From positions 1-48,360 of IMG/VR virus record IMGVR_UViG_3300037851_000323: DNA of 48,360 bases. One strand, 5' to 3'. Origin of the DNA: a virus (lineage: Duplodnaviria > Caudoviricetes). Under the pieces are notes generated by a model, which did no database searches, had not been told where the DNA came from, and saw only the letters and a program-made list of their open reading frames with translations. Position 1 is the first letter of the stretch. The number at the start of each line of letters is the position of its first letter. The translations under genes and the position numbers were made by a program. Below are positions 9,908-17,877 of the stretch, in pieces.

Positions 9908-10449
9908 ATAATTAGCTTCAGAACTTCATTATACGTATCGGCCCGGATGACATTTGAGTCCGGGCCATTTTCATTCCAAGCTCTCTCAAAGAGAATAACA
10001 TTCGCATGAGGGTAAGCCTCAGCATAGTTATTTGCGTAGTTATAGTTATCCTCAATAAAATAGTCAACCTTTACTAATTCCTTCTCTAGTCCTGAATAGA
10101 AGAAGTTGAAGCCCGTGGGTGAGAAATACATGAAGCGATACCACCAATCAATAGTGACGCGCCAGCATCCCTCTGGGCGAGCGGTGAGAACGACAATATT
10201 ACCCTTCTTCCGTAGTTTGTGTACGAAGCTAACCGCGCCTGGATATGGTGAGGCTTTTTCATAGGAGACTTTCACTCCTTCATTCCAAAGCCAATCCCAA
10301 TCTTCTTTCCGTACATTATCTTTAATCCAATCCCAATAGGGAGATTCAAAAGATGGGTCAAAATTATAGCCACGTTCATTGAATAGAGTTAAGACAGATC
10401 TATGCCAATCACATACGACACCATCTAAATCTAATCCTATTCTAATCAT
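9904..10449 (-). CDS. HAD-family 5'(3')-deoxyribonucleotidase
   Basis: DLDGVVCD motif I, LTAR motif II, K...DYFIEDN motifs III/IV. Confidence 0.85.
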   Translation of the reverse strand: MIRIGLDLDGVVCDWHRSVLTLFNERGYNFDPSFESPYWDWIKDNVRKEDWDWLWNEGVKVSYEKASPYPGAVSFVHKLRKKGNIVVLTARPEGCWRVTIDWWYRFMYFSPTGFNFFYSGLEKELVKVDYFIEDNYNYANNYAEAYPHANVILFERAWNENGPDSNVIRADTYNEVLKLII

Positions 10450-10657
10450 CTTAAAACTCTCTTGGCTTCGATGCTAGGCTACTAGCTTACAATACCCTCA
10501 AAATGCCCTAATTTCCCTTCAATTAAGTTTGGTGCCCTGCCTGCGGCGCCTAGTATAGCCTTAAAACCTGAACGCGCCTGAAGGAATTTACGGCCTTCAG
10601 ACAAATCCTTTAAAATCAGTAGCTTAGAATACTTCATTTGGCGCAAAATTTTCCATT

Positions 10658-10804
10658 TTAGTTATTATGTTTTAGTTCGACAAGTTCTTTCTTAAGATTA
10701 TCAATCTCAACTGTCATCTTATTAATCTGCTTAAGCATCTGAAAAATAACAACGTCTTTCTCACCTAACATCTGCCATAGTTCCTGTAAAGTTATAGGCT
10801 CCAT
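10658..10804 (-). CDS. Small coiled-coil hypothetical protein (48 aa)
   Basis: MEPITLQELWQMLGEKDVVIFQMLKQINKMTVEIDNLKKELVELKHNN. Overlaps the end of the upstream gene. Confidence 0.5.
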   Translation of the reverse strand: MEPITLQELWQMLGEKDVVIFQMLKQINKMTVEIDNLKKELVELKHNN

Positions 10805-10980
10805 TTTTTATCTCTCACATATTCATCTAGATACTTTTGAGCGATTGCCCAAGCTTCCTCATTTCGACAAACATCTCTTAATTCTTCTACAAGTTTTAAA
10901 GCCTCTGGTGAAACTTGATATCTCATTTTCGTAGGCCTGGGCTCATGGGTATGGGCATGCACTGAATCTATATGTTCCAT
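10792..10980 (-). CDS. Hypothetical protein
   Basis: Fills the gap between adjacent minus-strand genes. Confidence 0.55.
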   Translation of the reverse strand: MEHIDSVHAHTHEPRPTKMRYQVSPEALKLVEELRDVCRNEEAWAIAQKYLDEYVRDKKWSL

Positions 10981-11546
10981 CGCCTTTCCCATTCCTTAGA
11001 AGTTGATACATGATCAAGCATCTCATCTGGATCAGCCGCATCTGGATCCATACCAAAACTAACATTTATCTTAGAATAAACATGAGCGGCTAGATAAGAA
11101 CAGATGGGACGAGAATCAATAAACATTAACTTAGAGAAAACTTTCTTTCCCCTAAAGAGAGCCCTATCAGCTAGGTGCATTAGAAGTTTCCACCATCCAT
11201 AACGATTTCCTATATAAGCATTGGCCTCTTCAATAAATATTTTATGTTCATAAATATTTAATGGATGAACCAAACGGTATACCTTAATCTCTTGTCCCTT
11301 GGCAACATCATCTTTATGGGCAGACCACCACTCCCACCGTTTAACATGCCAAAGGGCCTCAACAACCTCGGCCAACTTTACATCACTCGGTGGGGGAATA
11401 ATCCATCCGCTTGACACAACTATACCCGTATGATTGGCCCAAGTTCCATTAGTTTCTCCCGGATCTGTCTCAGCCCATCGAATGAGACGTCCAAGGAGAG
11501 ATGGAGACTTAGTAAAAAATATATCTCCTACCTCAGCCCAAATCAT
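10968..11546 (-). CDS. Permuted papain-like amidase (NlpC/P60, YiiX/YaeF-like)
   Basis: GDIFF...NHTGI (His first), IGNRYG, and C-terminal ICSYLAAHVY (catalytic Cys last). Confidence 0.75.
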   Translation of the reverse strand: MIWAEVGDIFFTKSPSLLGRLIRWAETDPGETNGTWANHTGIVVSSGWIIPPPSDVKLAEVVEALWHVKRWEWWSAHKDDVAKGQEIKVYRLVHPLNIYEHKIFIEEANAYIGNRYGWWKLLMHLADRALFRGKKVFSKLMFIDSRPICSYLAAHVYSKINVSFGMDPDAADPDEMLDHVSTSKEWERRWNI

Positions 11547-12724
11547 ATATCATACTCCTTTCTCTCTAAGAAACCTCCATACTGCTGGAGCAATGTCTCT
11601 GTAGCGGCATAAAAGGTTTCTTTACCCCTATTCATTTTCTTTATAGCATTACTATATTCCATTGTTAAACTCATTCTTTCAAGATCCACAGCGTCAAAAT
11701 CCCCCCAGTGTTTTGAAAGGATTTCTGCTCTAGAAATGAAGCGACCTCTGGCAGAGAGCAAACAATCAATGAAGATTCTGAGCTTAGGCGCAAATTCTCC
11801 TGAGCCTTTACCCTTCGTAACGCTGGCGGCAGACTGTTCAAAACTACTACATACTTCGAGGGCTTTGATGACATCTTCCTTCTCAATAATTAACTTAGGT
11901 GCGCGTGAAATAGCAAGCACCATTGCTACCTTCATAATATGATCCGACATTCTATTAGCCATGCCTGTTACATCAGGACGCTTTTCCGGTTCATACTTAT
12001 TATACCAATCTACATAAAGCTCACGCGCTCCAGTTGTAGGAATTATTGGACCTTCGAGTCGTGCCATTTCCTTTAATGGTTCAACTAGTTTAGGTATATC
12101 CATAATGGTGTGGGGAAAAGGATTCTTACAATGCCTAGCCCACTCTTCAACAACAAGGGTACGACCCATAAATCCGCCAGTAATATCCTTAGTTTCTAAC
12201 ATATCAGAGAGATGCGTCTGATTGACGGCACCTAGCATGGATACACCCAATCCCTTAAGCTCTTCTTTACCCGATCCTTTAAGGGTATAGCTCCATGTTG
12301 GATTATAGTGCCCATCATAGAGATCTGTAAGGATTGTAAGAGCCTCTGGATCTCTGATGAGAACTGTTGACATCTCTCCACTTGCAATAAGGCCGCACGC
12401 ATCTGTAACTGGGGGTTGACCTGATCGAGTATAAGTTGTTGCAAGTTCCTTAATGATTGCCTGGATAGAGTTCCTTCCAGAGATAAGCCTAGTATTTCCA
12501 ACCTCCCTGACTAATTTTGTAGCTAGTGATATAGGGTTCCCTTTCCTAACCCCGGAAGGTGCTACACACATGACATAGATATTAGGATAAAGTTTTGGCT
12601 CTCGGTCTAGCCATACCTTGTTTTTTAGTATTGCGGATATTGCCGCTACTGTGGACCAGTAAAAGAAGCGGCGAGGAGACTCAAAGTCCTCTGTCAATTT
12701 CATAATGTCGTCGATGTAGGACAT
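11543..12724 (-). CDS. DUF3987/YfjI-like P-loop ATPase, probable replicative helicase or primase-associated protein
   Basis: YPNIYVMCVAPSGVRKG Walker A-like motif, LTDLYDG and GGFMGR. Lies directly downstream of the DNA polymerase. Confidence 0.7.
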   Translation of the reverse strand: MSYIDDIMKLTEDFESPRRFFYWSTVAAISAILKNKVWLDREPKLYPNIYVMCVAPSGVRKGNPISLATKLVREVGNTRLISGRNSIQAIIKELATTYTRSGQPPVTDACGLIASGEMSTVLIRDPEALTILTDLYDGHYNPTWSYTLKGSGKEELKGLGVSMLGAVNQTHLSDMLETKDITGGFMGRTLVVEEWARHCKNPFPHTIMDIPKLVEPLKEMARLEGPIIPTTGARELYVDWYNKYEPEKRPDVTGMANRMSDHIMKVAMVLAISRAPKLIIEKEDVIKALEVCSSFEQSAASVTKGKGSGEFAPKLRIFIDCLLSARGRFISRAEILSKHWGDFDAVDLERMSLTMEYSNAIKKMNRGKETFYAATETLLQQYGGFLERKEYDI

Positions 12725-15108
12725 TGTTCTCGCTTCCATTTCCTAAGGTCTTTATAATTATATCCAAGCTCTACCTCTCCTGGAATAATTAACTTTCCTC
12801 TCGGTAGGGAGCAACTTGAGAAATCTATTGGGCGCTCAAGCTCTCTTAGGAAGAGTTCAGCATGAAACTTAATAGATTCTGGATTATCCGGGATTTCTGT
12901 TAAGAAAGCATCATGTGATTCTAGCAAAAACCTGATGTTAGGAATCTCTTTCTCGATTCGATACATAGCCGATGTAAGATGATCCTTAACTGTCCCCTGT
13001 GGAATAGTCGCGTATGCTTCCTTAAACAGATCATGGCCCCATCTCTCAAAGAATACTCTTGTTCTACCATTAGGATTCCGTAGGGTTCTGCTTTCCTCTA
13101 GTTTCTTAACAATTTCACTATGAAAAATTCCTCTGATCTTTGGGGAGCGCTGATGGAATATCTCGAGATTTTTTCCAGCCCGCCACTCTGATATATTGAC
13201 GTCAATACCGAACCTTCTTGCACTTGTATTTACTTCTAACATATGGGTATGCTTCTGCATGTCATAGTTTCCTGCATGCCGAAGCGTCTTACCCATGAAT
13301 CTCTGGTCTTGCGTAACATCCTCGAACTTACAGCCAAAAATCCAGCAGGCTGTAACACGATGGATGTCAGTTTTTTCAAACAGCTCTAACATCTCCTCAT
13401 CATTAGCAAGAATGGCAACGACGCGCGCCTCTGCTTGAGAGAGATCCGCATTCATGAAGATATATCCGGGAGAAGGAACAATCATGGCTCTGATGTCTTT
13501 GCCGAGTTCTCCATGCTTAGTGATACTGTGGAATGAAAGCCCAATTTTATGAGGTCTAACCGGAGCTTTGAGAATAGCTGTAGAGCTTCGTCCAGTTTCT
13601 GTGCCTCCAATCCGGTACCCAGCCCTGAGCTTTCCATCATAGTCCATTTGAACTGATAGTTTACTCTTAGCATTCCTAATTCTCCTAAGATCAATAATAA
13701 GGTTCAGGCCCTTCACTTGCTCTGGCTTTTTTCCATGATTGGCTAAAAGTGCAACCAGAGTCTCTTCCGAAACATTCTCTCGTTTCGGCATTCCAAGAGT
13801 TGTGAATACAAAGAGGGGAACATCCTTCGTGTTAGATGCGACATTAACATGGAAGCCAGCAATCTCATTAAGTTCTGTTTGATACTTAATCTCGAGATCC
13901 GTATACCTCGAGAAAAGCTCCTGCCTTTTTTCATAATCAATTCTTAATCCCCTCTCTTCCATCCTTCGATAAAGACCATGTTGGGGCATGATAAAGTCGA
14001 AAAAGAAATCCTTAAGCTCACGTTCTTCGAGTTCCTTAAGTTGTTCCTCCATACACTCATACTGGACAACACAATCCTTAGCGTTGTAAAGGTAGTGCCT
14101 ATCAAGAGAATCTTTTTTAGGGTTATACTCCCTTCCTTCATCTTTGTAAAAGGGTTCTCTTGTATAGATAGAACTGATGAACTCTAGCTTTTTAGGAAAC
14201 TCAGGATTAAGTACATGCTGTGCCAGCATAGTATCGAAATAAACCTGCTCATCCTTAATCCTTATCCGCATGGGATTCAGAAGTTTGCTATGATCGAATT
14301 TAAAGTTCTGTCCACATATCTTCAGCTTTGGATTTTCAAGAAACCTTGCCAACATTCTCCATATTTCTCTCCTCTCTGAGTCAGTCATCAGGATACTACC
14401 TTTAAGATGACTTAATGGGATAGTAGGAACGGAGACGGCATGATTCTTATTAAACGCTAACCCTATACATGTTGGAATACATTTGATAACTTCAATATCA
14501 ACCATCACTTTATCAAGATGTTTATATGCATCCAAGAAGTTATATAGTTCATAGGATGAGCGAATAATGCCCAGTGTCCTATTAGGCAAGTCTAAGTCCG
14601 GCCTTTGACTCTCCTTAATTGCTCTTGAAATATCCGCTTGGATATATGCTTTCTGCTGATATATAGTTGTTCGTTTGAAAAGTGAGGCGGGATGTATAGA
14701 CGAAACGACTTTATAGTTACCATGTATGGAAGAAAGGATAGAGCCGCGCCACTTAGTAATACCCTCTTTTCCCGTGAGGGTAGAGAGTGCTAGATTTCCT
14801 AGAGCCAGAATACAATTTGGCTTAATTGTATCAATCTCCCTCCAAAGCTCAGCAATTCCCTCTTCGATGGAATGTCCTGTTAGGCTTGCATTTTCAATGT
14901 CATCACCAGGACACCTATACTTGAAGACATTTGTCGTATAAACTTCATTACGATTCATGCCTCCATTGCGAAGCATTTCATCTAGTTCTTTCCCAGAAGA
15001 TCCTACAAATGGACGACCCTGTATTACTTCTTGTTTGGCGGGAGCTTCACCTATAATTAATAGTTTGGCATTGGCTGCTCCATAGCCTCCTACATATTCT
15101 CCTGCCAT
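12700..15108 (-). CDS. polA: Family A DNA polymerase with N-terminal uracil-DNA glycosylase (family 4-like) and 3'-5' exonuclease domains
   Basis: UDG: GEAPAKQE..GRPFVGSSG, HPASL. Exonuclease: DIE, NFKFD, YNAKD. Polymerase: TETGRSS, DLSQAEAR (motif A), RFMGKTLRHAGNY (motif B), SHDA (motif C). Confidence 0.92.
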   Translation of the reverse strand: MAGEYVGGYGAANAKLLIIGEAPAKQEVIQGRPFVGSSGKELDEMLRNGGMNRNEVYTTNVFKYRCPGDDIENASLTGHSIEEGIAELWREIDTIKPNCILALGNLALSTLTGKEGITKWRGSILSSIHGNYKVVSSIHPASLFKRTTIYQQKAYIQADISRAIKESQRPDLDLPNRTLGIIRSSYELYNFLDAYKHLDKVMVDIEVIKCIPTCIGLAFNKNHAVSVPTIPLSHLKGSILMTDSERREIWRMLARFLENPKLKICGQNFKFDHSKLLNPMRIRIKDEQVYFDTMLAQHVLNPEFPKKLEFISSIYTREPFYKDEGREYNPKKDSLDRHYLYNAKDCVVQYECMEEQLKELEERELKDFFFDFIMPQHGLYRRMEERGLRIDYEKRQELFSRYTDLEIKYQTELNEIAGFHVNVASNTKDVPLFVFTTLGMPKRENVSEETLVALLANHGKKPEQVKGLNLIIDLRRIRNAKSKLSVQMDYDGKLRAGYRIGGTETGRSSTAILKAPVRPHKIGLSFHSITKHGELGKDIRAMIVPSPGYIFMNADLSQAEARVVAILANDEEMLELFEKTDIHRVTACWIFGCKFEDVTQDQRFMGKTLRHAGNYDMQKHTHMLEVNTSARRFGIDVNISEWRAGKNLEIFHQRSPKIRGIFHSEIVKKLEESRTLRNPNGRTRVFFERWGHDLFKEAYATIPQGTVKDHLTSAMYRIEKEIPNIRFLLESHDAFLTEIPDNPESIKFHAELFLRELERPIDFSSCSLPRGKLIIPGEVELGYNYKDLRKWKREQCPTSTTL

Positions 15109-15220
15109 ATTCAAACCCAATAATAAACTATAGGTGCTTCTTTTACCTTCTCACAACGCAGCAATCTTGACAGAGGCGTGCCACAATCGCGCGCCGCTTT
15201 GAGCTTGTCGAGTAGCGTCT

Positions 15221-15397
15221 TCACTTGCTCCGCCTCTCCGCTTCGCCCCAAACGATGATACCGCTTGGCAGCCCAATTGCCTCAAGCCGAAGCCGTTCGT
15301 TGACGGTTCGCAGGATTGCGAACCTCACCTTTGCGTCGTATGTCTGCTCGAACGCACTACGGCAACGCCAGTAGTGCGAAAGACCCCAAGCATTCAC
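15221..15397 (-). CDS. Hypothetical protein in a GC-rich patch
   Basis: GTG start 15397 preceded by GGGAGG. 58 aa. Confidence 0.45.
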   Translation of the reverse strand: MNAWGLSHYWRCRSAFEQTYDAKVRFAILRTVNERLRLEAIGLPSGIIVWGEAERRSK

Positions 15398-15440
15398 GGC
15401 AAACCTCCCGCCTCTATATTGGGTACGATGCCAACAATGT

Positions 15441-15752
15441 TTATGTATTATGTTTTCGCCAAATGAGAAAGGCCCACGCAGCAATCTTGAGAATATCTTC
15501 TGGATTCTTTCTAGCATGATACCTCTTTACTTTATAAACAATCTCTCCTAGAGCATGACCGTCTCCAGCAATTTGCTCAACAAAATCAAAGAGGTCATTG
15601 GGACCATCTACACCAGTCTTATTATAAGACTTCTGAGCAGCCGCTCCGTCTAATAGAGCCCTAATTGCTTTGGCAAAGTCATCAAAGTTAGGCCCCCTAA
15701 CACCAGCCGCATCCCTGGCTGCTTTATCAAAAAAATCTTCTTCATTGCTCAT
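15441..15752 (-). CDS. DUF3310-like small phage protein
   Basis: GEIVYKVKRY...EDILKIAAW resembles the KY..R...EDL.KA..Y signature. Confidence 0.5.
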   Translation of the reverse strand: MSNEEDFFDKAARDAAGVRGPNFDDFAKAIRALLDGAAAQKSYNKTGVDGPNDLFDFVEQIAGDGHALGEIVYKVKRYHARKNPEDILKIAAWAFLIWRKHNT

Positions 15753-16969
15753 TTTTTTAATCTCTCATCTATTCTTTCTTTAACCCTTCTGTCCCGCTCG
15801 ATGAGAATGTACCTACGACCTGTCTTGACACATGCTGCTCCAACAGATCCAGAACCCGCAAATGGATCAAGCACGATATGCCCAGGATATGTGCAATCCA
15901 TAAGTATATTTTCGATAAGAGAGACAGGTTTTTCATTGGGATGTACCAACTTTTGAGATGGCACAACCGAATAGCTTTTGACACGACTGAGCTGTTGGGG
16001 ACAGGTAAGTACAGGCTTCCCCTTAACTGCAAGGAGGATAAGTTCTGTGTCCCGCGCGTAATCCCATGCTGCGGTTCCACGGGAAAGGACTCCTGTTTTA
16101 TGCCAGATAAGTGGACCCCCCGACAGTGTGAACCCATAATTCGGGAGGAGTTCTCTGTAGTCAATGTAATCCTCCGTTCCTACAAACATATATAGAAAAG
16201 AATCTGGTTTTAGAACACGATAAATCTCTCGGAATGTGGGCATCGTCTCCTCATCCCGAACAAACTTATCATTTTTGAATTTTATCCACGGTGGGTCCGT
16301 GATGCAGGTGTCGATATAATCATTAGGAATTTGTTTAAGTATGTCGATTGCAGATCCAAGATATACAACATTAACGTCGCCTTCAATAGGAGCCGCTCCA
16401 TATAGCTCGGCCTCAATTCTCTTCGCTTTCGCACGGACAAGCTTGAGAGCAGTCCTTCTATCTTGTACGTTTCTGAGTGAAGGATCCGAAACAACCGCAT
16501 CAGCGAGCATGATAGCTTCTGAAACCCCTCCAATGCTAAGAGCGAGTTCATTGGCTGTATCTGATATTGACCAACCTTGTTTCTCTGTACCCTTCTTTGG
16601 ACGACCGGCTTTGCCTTTGCCATGTTCAGTCTGTCTTTCATCGTGAAGCCGCTTAATCAAGTCTGATTGATCCCACCATGTTAAGTTAGTTCGTCTTAAG
16701 TTTTCATGAATAGAATCAATCAAAACCCTGTGATCATCAGCTTCTACTACCTCTGCCTCGATTTCTGTGAGTCCCAAAAGACTGCAAGCAGCAATGCGAC
16801 GGCGGCCGAAAATAACAGTGTACTTGCAATTATTGTCTTCTGTCGAGGGGTTAGGGCGGACACGTATTGGTTGAAAGAGACCTTGAGTTTTGATAGAATC
16901 TGCGAGTTCTTTGAGGTCATCATCTTCTTTAATCTCCTCCGACTCAATATCTGATAGTTTAATTTTCAT
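15749..16969 (-). CDS. ParB-like N-terminal domain fused to an amino (N6-A/N4-C) DNA methyltransferase
   Basis: ParB: ELADSIKTQGLFQPIRV, GRRR, ENLRR, HTH. MTase: TDPPW, HPNEKP, DPFAGSGS. True start is ATG 16969, since the track start lies inside the tRNA. Confidence 0.88.
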   Translation of the reverse strand: MKIKLSDIESEEIKEDDDLKELADSIKTQGLFQPIRVRPNPSTEDNNCKYTVIFGRRRIAACSLLGLTEIEAEVVEADDHRVLIDSIHENLRRTNLTWWDQSDLIKRLHDERQTEHGKGKAGRPKKGTEKQGWSISDTANELALSIGGVSEAIMLADAVVSDPSLRNVQDRRTALKLVRAKAKRIEAELYGAAPIEGDVNVVYLGSAIDILKQIPNDYIDTCITDPPWIKFKNDKFVRDEETMPTFREIYRVLKPDSFLYMFVGTEDYIDYRELLPNYGFTLSGGPLIWHKTGVLSRGTAAWDYARDTELILLAVKGKPVLTCPQQLSRVKSYSVVPSQKLVHPNEKPVSLIENILMDCTYPGHIVLDPFAGSGSVGAACVKTGRRYILIERDRRVKERIDERLKK

Positions 16970-16984
16970 TAATATCCTCTGATA

Positions 16985-17068
16985 TGCCGGGAGCGGGACT
17001 CGAACCCGCACGATCTTTTTGATCCGAAGATTTTAAGTCTTCTGCGTATGCCATTTCGCCATCCCGGC
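16985..17068 (-). tRNA. trnL: tRNA-Leu (anticodon UAA), no encoded CCA
   Basis: Acceptor stem GCCGGGA/TCCCGGC, anticodon arm GAAGA-CTTAAAA-TCTTC, long variable arm, T arm GCGGG-TTCGAGT-CCCGC. Confidence 0.93.
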
Positions 17069-17072
17069 AGGG

Positions 17073-17098
17073 AAAAGGAGGAAGCAATAGCTTCCTCC
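17073..17098 (-). terminator. Hairpin plus short U-tract immediately upstream of tRNA-Leu (terminator or processing signal)
   Basis: Minus strand reads GGAGGAAGC-TATT-GCTTCCTCC-TTTT. Confidence 0.6.
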
Positions 17099-17105
17099 AT
17101 AAAGA

Positions 17106-17219
17106 CTAGTCCTCCTCCTCCTCCTCCCAGATTTCTTCATCCTCTTCGTAAGAATCAACCTCGTCTTCTTCGAGTTCTTCCTCTATGATACCATCGAGAT
17201 CATCTGGATCACTAGTCAT
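17106..17219 (-). CDS. Highly acidic 37-aa peptide, in frame with the upstream SSB
   Basis: MTSDPDDLDGIIEEELEEDEVDSYEEDEEIWEEEEED: 23 D/E and no K/R. Confidence 0.55.
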   Translation of the reverse strand: MTSDPDDLDGIIEEELEEDEVDSYEEDEEIWEEEEED

Positions 17220-17222
17220 ATA

Positions 17223-17612
17223 TTAGCCCTCGAGTGCACGGAAATCGGCAACATCATTAGTCATACGTCCCTCATATGGACGAGGCTTAACAAATGCCTG
17301 TAGCTTACGACCAACAGCAGAGGATAGGTCGAACGTACCTCCTTCATCAGAGACGGAACCGCCACACGCCTTAATAAAATTAACAGCAAAACCTGGGGCC
17401 TTTTCCGTAAAGTAACGGCGAAGAGGAACACCAGATGCCTTGTTCTTATCAGGATCTGAAGAAGGAAGCCCAACCAAATCAACGATGATGTTAGTGCTAT
17501 CTCCCTTAGCATTAGGCTCCTCATTGACAGAGGTAACCTCGACCAGATACCAACCCTGATCTAGTACGGTGCTACGCTTCATATCGGATGCAGAAATCGT
17601 TAGTTTAGCCAT
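17223..17612 (-). CDS. Single-stranded DNA-binding protein (DUF669-like OB fold)
   Basis: GWYLVEVTSV...YEGRMTNDVADF pattern. Position after the AAA ATPase and nuclease matches the usual recombination trio. Confidence 0.65.
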   Translation of the reverse strand: MAKLTISASDMKRSTVLDQGWYLVEVTSVNEEPNAKGDSTNIIVDLVGLPSSDPDKNKASGVPLRRYFTEKAPGFAVNFIKACGGSVSDEGGTFDLSSAVGRKLQAFVKPRPYEGRMTNDVADFRALEG

Positions 17613-17657
17613 ATATTGAATCGTACCTTTCTATAACTGACGGACTCGTCAGGCGGA

Positions 17658-17876
17658 TCATTCCGCGACCTTTCGGTTTCGTCCAATCATAGGATAGGAA
17701 GTGGTAGGGGCGGATGGAGTTGAACCATCAACCTCACGATTATAAGTCGCGTGCTCTACCATTGAGCTACACCCCATCATATATCCATTCCAACATTCTT
17801 TATTACATACGGGAATGAGACGATTTATGCTATGAATATAAAAGGTTGTCTCATTCCCGCATGTAATACAATTCAT
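17658..17876 (-). CDS. Small Cys-motif protein whose ORF runs through tRNA-Ile
   Basis: CITC...CNKEC in the first half. The 3' half coincides with the tRNA. Confidence 0.4.
   Translation of the reverse strand: MNCITCGNETTFYIHSINRLIPVCNKECWNGYMMGCSSMVEHATYNREVDGSTPSAPTTSYPMIGRNRKVAE
17702..17776 (-). tRNA. trnI: tRNA-Ile (anticodon UAU) with encoded CCA
   Basis: D arm GCTC-AATGGTA-GAGC, anticodon arm CGCGA-CTTATAA-TCGTG, T arm GATGG-TTCAACT-CCATC, 3' ACCA. Confidence 0.9.
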
Positions 17877-17877
17877 T

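Noticed and set aside
16970-17011. N-terminal extension of the ParB-MTase in the ORF track
   Set aside because: It overlaps tRNA-Leu, and ATG 16969 has its own GAGGA RBS.
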